A DNA stretch of 63,825 nt, filler included, from Reclinomonas americana ATCC 50394 (taxonomy: Eukaryota), in the NCBI GenBank assembly GCA_048213135.1. It is 5 parts of 2 records of this genome, joined end to end, with 100 filler letters (N's around TTAATTAATTAA, not from the genome) between each part and the next. Parts side by side here need not be neighbours in the genome. Positions count along the whole stretch, not along the records: positions 1 to 20,032 come from PS015346.1; positions 20,133 to 41,147 come from PS015346.1; 3 more parts are not named here. The stretch is one strand, 5' to 3'. How positions within the stretch are numbered: the first letter of the stretch is position 1; every line of letters begins with the position of its first letter. Shown piece after piece: positions 15,683 to 30,859 of this stretch. A program made the translations under genes and the position numbers. Below the pieces are notes generated by a model. It was not told the DNA's origin and made no database searches. It saw only the letters and a program-made list of their open reading frames with translations.

Positions 15683-18600
15683 ATGGCTGCTCTCGAACCC
15701 GTTGTACCCGACTTTGTCGCCGCAGACGACTTTCGTGCACCGCCACCGGCGCCCCGGCTGTTGCCGGCGGCGCCTCTGGTCCTCACCGAGGCGGACCAGC
15801 TGCGACTGGCCCACAAGTTCACTGGACCGGCGTCGCAGACGGCTGATGTAGTGGTCGTTGCGTGCGATGTATAGAGAGAGGGATGAGGGAAGGCTGGGAG
15901 GAGGGGAGAGCGTTACTTCGTTGTCTTCTTGTCGGCTGTCCTACATTTGCTTTGTCTGCGTGGTGAGAGCAAGATCGGTGAAGTAAGAAGTAGGAGATGG
16001 AGGCAGGAGTCGTCTCTCTCTCTCTCTCTCTCCCTCCCTTCATCATGCTACTCTTATTCTTCTTCTCCGTGTGTGTGTGTTTGTTGTTGTCAGATTGTTG
16101 CCTTCTGCTCCTTCAACACTGCGTGGAGTGCAATCACTGCTCTCTCTCACACATACCTCTTGATCCTTCTTCTCTGTCTGTATGTGTGTGTGTTTGAGTG
16201 TGAGTGACTTTGTCTGTTTTTGACTGCGTTGCCACTTGTCTTTCTCATTCGTCTTCAATCACGCCTTTCATCTTTTTTGCTTGTGTGCATGTTGTCAGAG
16301 TGACATCTCTCCCCTTCTCTTCCCTCCTCTCCTACCTCTCTCATCCTCCCTCTCTCTCTCTCTCCGTCTCTCTATCGCGCCGTTCTTCTCATCCATGTTG
16401 TCAGATCTTGTCTTGTTGTCTGCTGCTTGCTCACTACTTCATCTCCACTCTTTCAGGCCTTCCCGAACGGCGCCAACACCAACCTCAAGTTGACCCAGCA
16501 CCTGTACCGCGTCCTCGCCACATGCCTCAACCTCGATGAATCGAATCGCGCCGGCACTGCGCTTGCCGTCGTGTACTACGGCAGTGAATTCCTGGATGGC
16601 GCCAAGGTGGAGACCGACCTGACGTCGAACTCGCGCTTGCACCTCGAGCGTGCTGCCGGTTGCGTCTTGATCAGCGAAGGATATATTCTTTCTTGCACTT
16701 TGTTTCTCACACCACGCGATTTACAGTCATGGAAAAGAACCCGGCAGCCACCTCCACGCACATCCACAAGGCCATTGACGTCAGCCACAATCACATGTTG
16801 GGCCAGGAGCCTGGTCGCCGCAAATTTGTTGTGCTGGTGGTCAATGGTACGCTGCACGACGCATGTCCTCCTTTTCCCCTGCGTGGTGATTGTGCTGCTC
16901 ACATCGCATTGCTTTGGCGTGAACAGGTGACATCCAGGACGCACAGGCTGCTGAGCGCCACGCTTCCAACCTTCACACTGCCCGAGTGACGACTGTCGCC
17001 TTTGTCCTCGGTGCTGATGCCTGCCACAGTGCTACAGTGGAGGAGGCACTGCGTCCAGTGATCTCCGCCGACTGCTTGTTCCGCGCAGAGCGACTTGAGG
17101 AAATCGAGTTTCTCTTTGGCAAGACCTCCACCGTCGTTCGCCCGGTGCCACAGATCGAGGCACACAATCGCACCTCGTCCAAGCTCGAGCTGAAGTTCAA
17201 GATGAGCTCCGATCAAAGTGCGGCTGGAGCCGTGAAGTCTTTTGAGCTGGAGCGCCGCATTCGTGGAAGTCCCATGGAGGTGGCATCGGCACCAGCTGCC
17301 GCCGGTGAGTATATTTTTTAGAGAGTTGATTGCTCTCTTGCGTCTGTGAGGCGCTGACGGGAATTCTCTCTCCAGATGACGCTTCTGGTTCTCAGGCTCG
17401 TGTGGGAGAACGTTGCGTCTCTACGGAAGTGATTCTCTGCCTCTTGTCTTTTGCTCACTGCATGACTACTTGAACAGCCAAGTGGGTGGAATTTGGTAGC
17501 GTGGCAGCCAACATCAACGAGCTGCACATTGAGCATCTCGAGCCCGACGAGCTGCTGGTGTTGCGTGCATGCGCCGTGTTTGAGGATGGCTCTCAGTCGC
17601 CATGGTCGCCAGTGACCGAGTACCGCACGCTGTCCAGTTGCGTGCGCTGCACAAGACCACTTGGTGACGTTTGCAACTTTGTGCTGATGGCGCAACTGAA
17701 ATGCAGGGCCCCGTTTGCGTGCTGAGGACTTGCCAGACTACCGGCAGGCCTTGGTGGCGCGCGTTGAGAACTTTGCCCGCGACCGCCATGCCATTGTGCC
17801 GTACAATGTGCTACTTTTCGGAAACATGGGTGCGGGCAAGTCATCCACGGTCATCACCACGATGAGCGCCATGAAGGGCAAGTTCGTGGCGGCCGCGACG
17901 GCACGCAAGCAAAACGGCACCGTCACGTTCACCAACTCTGACTATTCGGTGGTCGACGACAGTGTGTATCTGCATGATGTGTGGGTGCGTGCATTCGCTT
18001 GTGCTGTCTTGGTGATTGATAACCACTACTTTGTATTCACGCTTAGCTTGTGGTTGCAGGGCTACGACGCCAGGATGTACACCGAGGAAGTGACAGAAGA
18101 CCTTATCAATGGTACTCTCCCAGACGGGTTCGACTGCCGCCACAAGGGCAAACCTGCAGCGGCTGCAAGTGGCAGTCATGTGCGCGGCAGCAGTCGTCTT
18201 GTGCACGCCAATTCGGAGCCGGAGGACGATGTGCTCGAGAGCTGCTTGGCAACGCACATGCACTCAGCCATGGTCGTTTTTGAGGCTGACGCGTTGGACA
18301 ATGGCCTTAAGCTCTCCGAGCTGAAGGAGATGCTTGCGTTGCTCACTCGCCACGGTTAGCATGTTGTTTTTCGTGACTTCTTCATCTATGTTTCTTGCTC
18401 ACCTTCTGTTATCCACAGACTTGCAGTTTGTCGTTCTTTTGAGCAAGCTCGACATCATTGACCCGCGCCTGGCAGGCCACAACGCCGTACTGGCTCTGGA
18501 CAGTGACATTGTCGCCAAGGCCATGGAGGACTTTGCCGCGCGTGCCGGCATTCCTCTCGGCTGCGTGTACCCAGTTGTCAACTTCAGTGGTCCCAACGCG

Positions 18601-19422
18601 TATCCCGACCTCGGCAGCGAGGTGCTCGTGCTCGAGGCACTGCTGGGTGCACTGGAGCTGGCGGACGGCTACTGCGTCACTCAGCGTCGTGCTGCGGCGG
18701 CCAAGCTGGTTCACGGCCACGTTCGAGATGCCGACACGCAGTTTGCATTGAACACTGTGCGCAACAGAGGCTTTGATGTGCCCGCCGCATTGGTGGAGGC
18801 TGCACAGCAGACGGACGACTTGCGAGCGCTGGTGAATCACCTGGTGCGCGAGTGCGGCTACGACGCGGCCATGAAGGCTGTGTTCGATGTGCCCAAGGCG
18901 GATGAGCAGGAGAGGGTGGTGGCTGCGCCCATGCCAGCAGCGTCTGTTCCGTACCAGCCCAACGTTGCTGCCGGTGGTGGGTGGAACGCCAGGTCTTTTG
19001 CCGCACCGGCACCGGTACCGTCGTATGTGCCGCCGTATGCCGGCGGCTACTCGGCTCCAGTCAAGCCTGGCAACACGACTCCTTTGTCGGTGCCGAATTT
19101 GGACGACGTCGACGGCTTCGCGCCTGAGAGCGATGTCGGCGGCTGGCTGGGCAGTTGCGTTTGGCTACTGTATCACCATGTCACTCCCATGCGACATATA
19201 TGCTCACTTGTGTCTTGCACGTCAGCTCTGTGCGACCGGAACAGGCACTGGAACCGGGATAGTGTCGACGAACTGGTGGAGTGGCTGCTTGAGGAGAACA
19301 TCTCCTCGCTGCAGGCACTGTACCGGCAATGGTCGACGGTAATGAGCAACGGCCCTACCGTGGATCGTTCCGTGTGCCAGAGCATTTACGGAGAGCTGGA
19401 CGCCATCATCACCATGTCGTGA
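15683..19422 (+). CDS. vWA-like + FN3 + IFI44-like GTPase (intact) + UBA-like + C-terminal helical domain (copy B)
   Basis: ALAVVYYG/RKFVVLVVNG (vWA-like); IEHLEPDELLVLRACAVFEDGSQSPWS (FN3); YNVLLFGNMGAGKSS (Walker A, 17820-17843), LHDVW|G, LINGTLPDGF, VVLLSKLD, AGIPLGCVYPVVNF, EVLVLEAL; NRGFDVPAALVEAAQQTDDLRALVNHL (UBA-like). Confidence 0.85.
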
Positions 19423-19569
19423 AACAAACACCCACTAGTATCTGTAAAATGAAGATGTGCTCGCTGCAGATGCGCAAGGGGAGGGGAGGGGAGGGAAGGA
19501 GGGAGGGGAGAGTGAGAAAAAGGCCGAAAACAACAACAGCTTGAAGACTGGCGTTTGTAGTAGTCGCAT

Positions 19570-20032
19570 GCAAGACAACAACAACAACAATTCATTCACC
19601 AACAAACAAGCAACAGCTGTCTTGATGACCAAGTTCAACCGTATCCAAAACATCAACACCAACACCAATCTTGAGGCAGCAGCAGGTTCCTTGTGTGTGT
19701 GTGCACGTGTTCGAATTCGCTCTCGGAGCTTCGAACAAGTCGAGAACTGCGATCTTCACCGCATAAGCGTGGTTGCAGCTGCATGACCATCTTGGGTCGA
19801 TAGCAGCGTGCGATCACTATCGCGAGCCCAGGTAAGTGGCTGGTGCGTAATTAGCATCACTTACAGCATGAAAAACTCCTTCTTGTTCAAACACTTCATT
19901 CACCACATTCCAGTTCAACCTCATCAAGTACTCTTCACTTGTTTGCTTCGAATTCACGGATCCGGACCCATTGGCCAGTTTGCTTTATTATGCTTGCCTG
20001 CATGCTTATGGCCTTTTCCCGAATTCGATGTG
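19570..20032. repeat. Dispersed intergenic repeat, copy 1
   Basis: 19731-19759 is an exact 29-bp reverse complement of 36253-36281. 19588-19613 is an exact 26-bp reverse complement of 20136-20161. Confidence 0.75.
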
Positions 20033-20076
20033 NNNNNNNNNNNNNNNNNNNNNNNNNNNNNNNNNNNNNNNNNNNN

Positions 20077-20088
20077 TTAATTAATTAA
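20077..20088. other. Artificial contig linker TTAATTAATTAA (also 41192-41203, 57567-57578, 62356-62367)
   Basis: Identical 12-mer with stops in all six frames, embedded in N runs four times. Confidence 0.97.
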
Positions 20089-20467
20089 NNNNNNNNNNNN
20101 NNNNNNNNNNNNNNNNNNNNNNNNNNNNNNNNGAATTGCTTGTTTGTTGGTGAATGAATTGCAGTGTTTGTATGCGATGAGGTTTTGATTGGGCTTGATC
20201 CCCAAGTTGCTAGTTTTGCAACTGAGCGTATGAATTGCAAGCTTATGCGTTGTCTTGGTGAAGTGGACAAACTTTGTCCCGTCAACAAACACACACACCA
20301 CACACGCTGCGTTGCAGGCCGCGCACACAGAGGCGCACACACAACACACACGCACACGCACGCAGAGCTCCACCTCCCTCTCTGCCTCTTCCATCCTCCG
20401 CGCGCGCACACGCATTTTCATCGTCACCAAAGTGCCGCGTGACCCGTGACCCCGACACACACACACG

Positions 20468-23400
20468 ATGCAGTCAGACCTGTCTTCCGTGGCAGTGCCT
20501 CCCTACGAGGACTACCAGCCTCCACCTCCTCCACCACCACCACCACCACCACCACCTCCACAACAACAACAATCATCATCATCGTCCGACTCCTCCTCCT
20601 CCTCACAATCCACCATCATCGTCGCCTCCTCGGCCGACACTGGCGATGACGCCACGACAACCACCATTGTCGCCAGTGGAATTGTCACGGCGGGTGCAGG
20701 CGGGCCGCCTCCACCTCCACCTCCGCCTCCGCCTCCGCCTCCACCGCCTCCGCCACCGCCGCTGATCACTGGTGACTCGGCGTCCATGGCCTCCGCAGCA
20801 ACGCCTTACCCGTTCAATGATATGTCGGTGCGTACGTGAAAGTGTGTGAGAGTGTTTGCGTCACTTTTTTTTTGGCGCGTGAATTTTTTTGTGCGGTGGC
20901 TCTGTTGTGCGCGCGCGTGTGTGTGTGTTGCGTGTGCGCGCGCGTTTTGTTTGTTTTTTGCGTTGCGCGCGCGCGTGTGTGTGTCTTTGTGTGTGTTGCG
21001 CGCGTTGCAAATTTCGACGATGAATTTTGTGGTTGAATGCACGTGCTCTGCACTTTGGTGTCATGTGCATGTGTGTGTGCGCGCGTGTGTGTGTGTGTGC
21101 GTGTGTGTGTTGTGTCTGTGTGTAATTTGATTGTGTGATTTCGCTCCATTTCCATGTGGAAGTATTTGTGGCTCATTGTGTGCGTCTGTGTGTGTGCAGT
21201 TCATGCCATCGCAAGGAGGTGCGTTTTACATAAGCCGGCTTACACTTCCGTAAAAGAGCCTCATATTCTTTGATGCAGGGTACCCGTTCATGTCGCCGGG
21301 TGCTTTCCCTGGTGGCGATGGTGCGTGCGGACTTGTCTTCCATTTGCTCCTTTTTGTGGTGTTGACTGGCGTGTGGTGCAGTGATGGTGCCGCCACCGGA
21401 GAGCGCGGATACGGGAGACAGCGGTTCGTCGGGCGATGATCGCCTGTGGGTTGTGCGGACACGAGTTGCGGCGTTGGTCGTGCGCCGTCTCTTGGCTCTT
21501 GTCTCGTATTCATGCCTCTTTTTTTTTTGCGAGCAGCAAGAGGGAGTGCTGCCGTCGCACTTCCGCTTCGAGTTTGGCTCTGTGCGCGACTCGCGACGCG
21601 GCGGCATCGACGAGCATCTGTACAAGCCGCGGCATTACGTGCTGAAGGTTGTGAGATTCATTTTTCCTTTTGTCTGTTGGTTCATGGCGCTGATGTGTGC
21701 GAGGCAGTTGGAGCTGTTGCCGCCGCTCACCATGTACCGGTTGCGTGCGCGTGTGCTGCTGCTGGAGGCGGAGACCGGTCTGCCGGTGGCCATGTACGGT
21801 GGCAAGAATAACACGGGACCGACCACCAATGGTCTGGATTACAAGTCCAAGTTGCGCGGTGGGGGAAAGGGGAGGAGGGAGAGAGAGAAGGAGGAGGAGG
21901 AGGGGAAGGTGGTGGGCTCTCTCTTGCTGTGTGTGTCTTTGAGAGAGAGAAACGGGAAAGATACGCGCATGTGTTTGTGTGCGACTATGAGTGAAGGTGA
22001 GAGTGAGAGGGCATGATAAAACGGGAGCGAGGGAGCAGATTTGTGTGTATGTGTTCGTGTGTGCTGCCGAGAGAGTGGGAGAGAGTGAGAGGAGATGAGA
22101 AAACGGGAACGATGGAGCAAACGTGTGTGCGCGGGTGCGTTTTGTGAGAGATTTTGCGCGTTCAGTCGTGCGTGCACGCGCATCGCAGTATTTGTTTGAC
22201 ATGGACTCGTCGGCGTGGTGGAGATAGATAAGGAGACAAACGAAGAGAATGTGTGATTTTGCTTCATGTGTATGAGCGTGCGTGTGAGAGGAGAAAGAGG
22301 GGAGACACACGATGAGATTTTGTGATTTTTGCTTCGTGTGTGTGCGCGTTTGTGTGAGCGAGAATGGGATTTTGGTTTCACAGACAATGAGCTGTCTCCT
22401 TTGTCTGTCTCTCCAACATCCCTTCTCATCTTCGTCGCCGCGCCACGCAGTCCCGAATTTGTCGAAATGGAAGCAAGGCCACCACACATGCCCAACATGC
22501 TGTCGGCCGAGGTGCGAATCCGTTTCGTCCTGCACAGCAATAATTATCACAAGCTGCGGGCGCGCAAGACCCCGCAACTGCGCAATCTGCCACCAGCGTG
22601 AGTCGTCTATATCCGTCTCGTTTCTTCCTCTATTGTGTTGTTCGTGTGTCCTCATTTTTTATGTTGTCTGCAGCAATGCTCCGCGGTTCCGCCTGCGCGT
22701 GTGCTTCCATGTGGCGCTCCCCGACGGCTCCATGAATGAGCAGCCGTTGGTGACGTGCGACTCGCCCGACTTTGACATTTCTGCACGTGTCGACAGTTGC
22801 GTGTGTTGCTACTTGTTCATGATTTAGAGGCTGTTCCTCGTCATCTTACTTGCGCATTTGCAGCCAATGAACATCCCGTGTATGTCACGAAGAGCGAGAA
22901 GAAGAAAGAGGGCGGTCCTCCGACGCCAAAAGAGGTGAGTCGTGTCGTCGCTTGTTCTTTGCCGCTCTCGGTCGTCGTTGCATGCGCGTCTCTATCTGGT
23001 CTCTCTCCACATAGCCGCCATTGTCTTGTTGATAATGAGCGACATGAAGTCCTTCGCTCTCTTTCTCCCTCTCCTCTCACTCTCCCGCTTCTCCCACCCT
23101 CTTCTCCTGTGATGGGCGACGTGAAGTCCTTCGCTCTCTTTGCCCTCTCCTCTCGCTCTCATTGTTTCTCGCGGCTTTCCTCTCCTCCTCTAATGAGCGC
23201 CATGAAGTCCTTCGCTCTCTTTGCCCTCTCCTCACTCTCATTGCTTCACGCGCCTTTCCTCTCCTCCTCTAATGAGCGACAAGAAGTCATTTGCTCTCTT
23301 TGCCCTCTCCTCTTCTCTCTCGTTTCTTTTCTCCTTTTATCCTCCGATGACCGACGTGAAGTCATTCACTCTCACTTTCTTTATTCACCCTCCCCCTCGC

Positions 23401-24484
23401 CTCTCTTCCTTTCTCTTTCCCCTCTTCTCCCCCTCTCCTCTCGCTGTTTCGTTTCTTCCCCCTACCCCTCTCATTTTTCTCACTTCCATTCCCCCCTTCT
23501 CCCCCCCCTTCTCCCCCCCTTCTCTCCCCTGCTACATAGAGCTCCGGCAGCTCCTCCCGCCCCTGCCAGGTGCTGGTCACGCACGACGAACCCATGCCCA
23601 TCGTCCTCGACGACGTGGTGTCGCTGCCGCCACCGCCGCCGCCACCGCAGCCGCGGTTCTTCCCGGGTTCCGGCGCGCTGCCGCACAGTCACAGTGCTCC
23701 GATGATGCCTGGCGTCGAGGGCCTCGGCTCGCCGTCGTCGTCGTCGGCGTCGGATATGATCGTCTCGAGCCTGCTGGCGTCAGGCGGTCCCCCCGACCCC
23801 GAGATGATCCAGCTGTTGAGCTTCTGGCGCAACCCGTTGCTTTTTACGAGCGAGCAGCGTCTGGCGGTTGTACGCAGTTTCATTTCGCGCTTTGCCATGT
23901 GTCCTGGTGAGTCGTGTGGTGTTGTGGTGCCACGATCAGGCAGCATCTCGTGCTAAACTTCACTGCGCGCAGCGTCGGAGCATCCCGCGGTAGCTAATAC
24001 CGTGACGGCCATGTTGCTGCAAATGGGCCCGGAGTCCATTTGTGCGTCGTCCTCCCTTCTCATTCCTTTGTGTACCCGGTGCTGTGTCTGATTATTCTCT
24101 TTGTTTGTGTGTTGAGCAGCCGCAGGCTTCCAGTCTTCGCCCTCTGTTCATCGATCCCCGTACGAGACGGATCAGAGGTTCTCCGCCCTTCGTTGTTTTT
24201 CCCCAAGAAACGTGTCACTGTGCCGTTGCTGACTCTCTGTTGTTTCCCCTGCAGGAAACGTGCTCGCGATACGTCGGCCGCGTCCGACGATGAGGATGTC
24301 GACTCGGGTCGTTGCGTCGCTCTCGTAATCTGCCGTCCACTGTGTGTTTGTTTGCCACGACTTACCTCTCTTGCCACCAATAATAGTCCATCCACCTCGC
24401 AAGCGAAATCGCAATCGCAGCAGCGACGATGGCGACGACGATGATGACGACGATGACGATGATGATGACGACGATGACCAATAG
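20468..24484 (+). CDS. Uncharacterised protein, paralogue 2 of the putative DNA-binding family
   Basis: Core FRFEFGSVR..KPRHYVLK|LEL..RVLLLEAET..RIRFVLHSNNY..PRFRLRVCFH..SPDFDISAR; second block LLSFWRNP; poly-P N-terminus; RKR patches; acidic tail ending TAG at 24482-24484. Confidence 0.7.
23032..23375. repeat. Intronic degenerate ~79-bp tandem repeat x5
   Basis: TAATGAGCGACATGAAGTCCTTCGCTCTCTT-like block recurs at about 23032, 23110, 23190, 23270 and 23346. Confidence 0.8.
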
Positions 24485-24747
24485 TCCCCCCTTGTCTTGT
24501 TGCTTTCTTTCTCACTCTTCAATCCTCTCTATGTTTCTGCTTGCTTGCTCTCTCTCTCTCTCTCTTTTTATCGCTCATTCTCTCGCTCGCCATTCTCTAA
24601 CACAAGTGAAAAGACGTTCGTATTGGTGGTTTGTGTCTATACATTGGTGGTAGTGCCGCGCAAGAAAAGAAAGGCAGTCGGCTGTGGAGTTGATTGGTAC
24701 ACTCACACGTGCCGGCGACGATGATGATTGAGACAGGAGGAGACCCA

Positions 24748-28162
<3,415 letters not shown>

Positions 28163-28661
28163 GTCGTGTCTTTTGTCTCTTTCTGTTCTGCTTCTTCTTG
28201 GGAGAGAGTGTTGTGTTTTCTCCAATCGAGTTGAATTTGGATTGCAACGGTCATTCATGCAGGACAAAATTGATTTACGACGTTTTGCAGACGGGGAAGT
28301 GAGTTGGCAGAGAGTTGAGAAGTCACTGTCGAAGATGCTTGGACTGGAGCGAGACGCGCAATGGAAAAAACAACAAAGATTTGTCAGGCATATTTTGTCG
28401 CGCGCGACTTCGCAACTCTCAGAGCCTGCTGCGATTCAATGAGGCCTTGAGTTGGCAAAGAGTTGGAAGGTACTGTCTGAGGTGCGCGGGCTGGAGCGAG
28501 ACGCGCGATGCAAAAAGAAGCTGGATTTGTCAGCCACCGCGAAACTCTCCTGCAGGTATTGAGTTGGCTTTGAGTTGGGGAGGAACTGCTGGAACTACTT
28601 GGTCTGGGGCTCATAGTTCTCCATGCTGCGCACGAGACCCCGCTGCAATTAAATATGTGAT

Positions 28662-30820
28662 TTACTTGGTGGTTAGCAAGTATTCCACGTCGCTGCGCGC
28701 CGGAAGCAGTCAGAAGCGTGATAGAAACTCACAAAAACGCAAACGAAGAACCTCAAGCGTTTGCCAAGAGCTGGCGGCAGCGGAGGCAGTGGTGAACCGG
28801 CGGCTGTTGCCACAAACCGTCGCAACAGCTGAACAGCCTCCGACGCAATATCGTGCAGTGCGTTGGTTCGCGCGGCGTTCCACTTGGCGTCGGGGGAGCC
28901 GGGTTCGAGAATGACGGAGCGGAACTGCAGGCGGTCCATCACGTCGACGGCGTTTTCGGCCACGACAAGAGTGGACGTGTGGGACTGCAACAAGGGAGAG
29001 GGAGGGAAAGGGTGGGGAAGGGTGAGGGAAAGGGGACATAAAGAGAAAGGTGTGTGCGTGTGTGTTCGTGCGAAGATAGAGCACCTTGGTTTCCTCGGGA
29101 CCGAGGGTCAGTGCCTGCGACCAGAAAAGAAAGAATGAGATGGGACTCACGAAAAATAGGCACTGCTCGCACGTACCGATGAGCACTGATCTAGGGCGTT
29201 TTCAAAGGCGGCCGAGTTGGTGTAGCAGCTCGCCAGGTGGTTGTGCAGCTGAATCAAGGCCGGTATCCGTTGCTCGACGATAGCAGCGTCGGTTGAGTCG
29301 GTGAGGTGGCGCAGGTGGGCAAGGGACTGGGTGGGGGACAGGGGAAAGGGCAAGGGGTAAGGGCAGAGGAAGCAGCGAGAAAAGGAATGGAGAATAAAGA
29401 AGGAGAAGGGAGGGGAAACGGGGGAAGGGAGCAGAGAGAGGGAGAACGAACCGGGAGAGGAGGGGAAAGTGAGACGGGAAGAGAGAGGAGAGGAAGCAGC
29501 GAGAAAAGGAATGGAGAATGAAAAGAAGGAAAAGGGAGGAGAAACGAGGGGAAGGGAGAAGAGTGAGAGAGAACGAAATTGGGAGACAGAGGCAGGGAGA
29601 ATAGGAATGGAGGAAAAGGATGAAAAGGAAGGGAGGAGGGAATGAGGAAGAACGAGCAAGCAGAGAGAAAGAAGGAAGAATGGAGACAAGAGTGTGAAAA
29701 AGTCAGAAGGGCGGAAGGGAGGGCAAGGAAGAGTCGAAGAATGTGAGGAAGAAGGAAAAGAAAGAGAAAGAAGGCACGTGTGGCCAGGGAGACAAGGGCA
29801 ACGGAGAAGCACAGAGAGGAGAAAGAGGCACATGAGGTAAAAAAAGAGCGCATTCCCACCTTGTTGAACAAATCCAATGCCTCAAGAACTTGTTTCCTTC
29901 GCAAATGGTCGGCACCTCGACTGCCGGCAGAAAATGTCAGTCTGAAAGAAAGCACAACACATGCCCGAGACGAAGAAGGGTGCACCTTTGAAGCTCCTTG
30001 GCGCGTGACAAAATGTCGGCGTCACTCTGTGCATCACCAATGTGTCATCATTAATCAACCACCTCAGCGAGACCCTCCACGACAACCAACCTGCGTCACA
30101 TCCACTGAGGCCTCGGCGGGTGGAATCTGACTCCTCATCCGTTCCACCAGCTCGCGAGCCTCCAGCCGCTGTCCACGCTTGTAGAGGTTGGCGGCCAGGT
30201 TTTCGACGGCCGCCAGTGTGTCGGGGTGCGAGGGACCCAGCAGGCGTTCCCGACCGAGAAGTGACTCGCGGAACAACGCGTCGGCCTCGTCGCACTTGCC
30301 AATGTATGACAGACACGTGGCGAGGTGCGACATGGAGGCGAGGCTGTCGAGGTGCAGCGGACCGAGCACCTGTCTCCGCATCTCGCAACACCGGCGAAGC
30401 AAGTCGGCGGCCTGGTGCAATCGCTCCTGGCGGAACAGGCAGATGCCGAGGGTGCTGAGCGTGGCCAGCGTGTCGCTGTGCGCCTCGCCAAGCGCCTTCT
30501 GCTGCATGGCCAGACATTCGCGAGCCATCTTCTCCTGCTCCTTGCGGCGCCCCTGCTTGCCGAGGCACACGCTGAGGTTGAAGAGTGAGCGCAGGGTGTC
30601 GGGATGCTTCTCGCCAAGAGAGCGAGTCTGCAGATCGAGACACTCGCGCGTCAGGCGCTCTTGCAGCTCACGATCGCCCAGTTCGCCAACACAGGGCTGT
30701 GTTCATAAAAAAAATCGAATGAGTGACCGCAGCCGTAAAAAGTCAACCACCCTGCGCAGGAGGAAGAATTGCTTCCTCTCCACCAAGGTCTCTGCCTCCT
30801 TCCATCATCAGTAGAATGAC

Positions 30821-30859
<39 letters not shown>

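Noticed and set aside
19422..20468. Apparent clustering of the two DNA-binding-like paralogues around the GTPase pair
   Set aside because: An artificial linker at 20077 separates them, so adjacency across contigs carries no synteny information.
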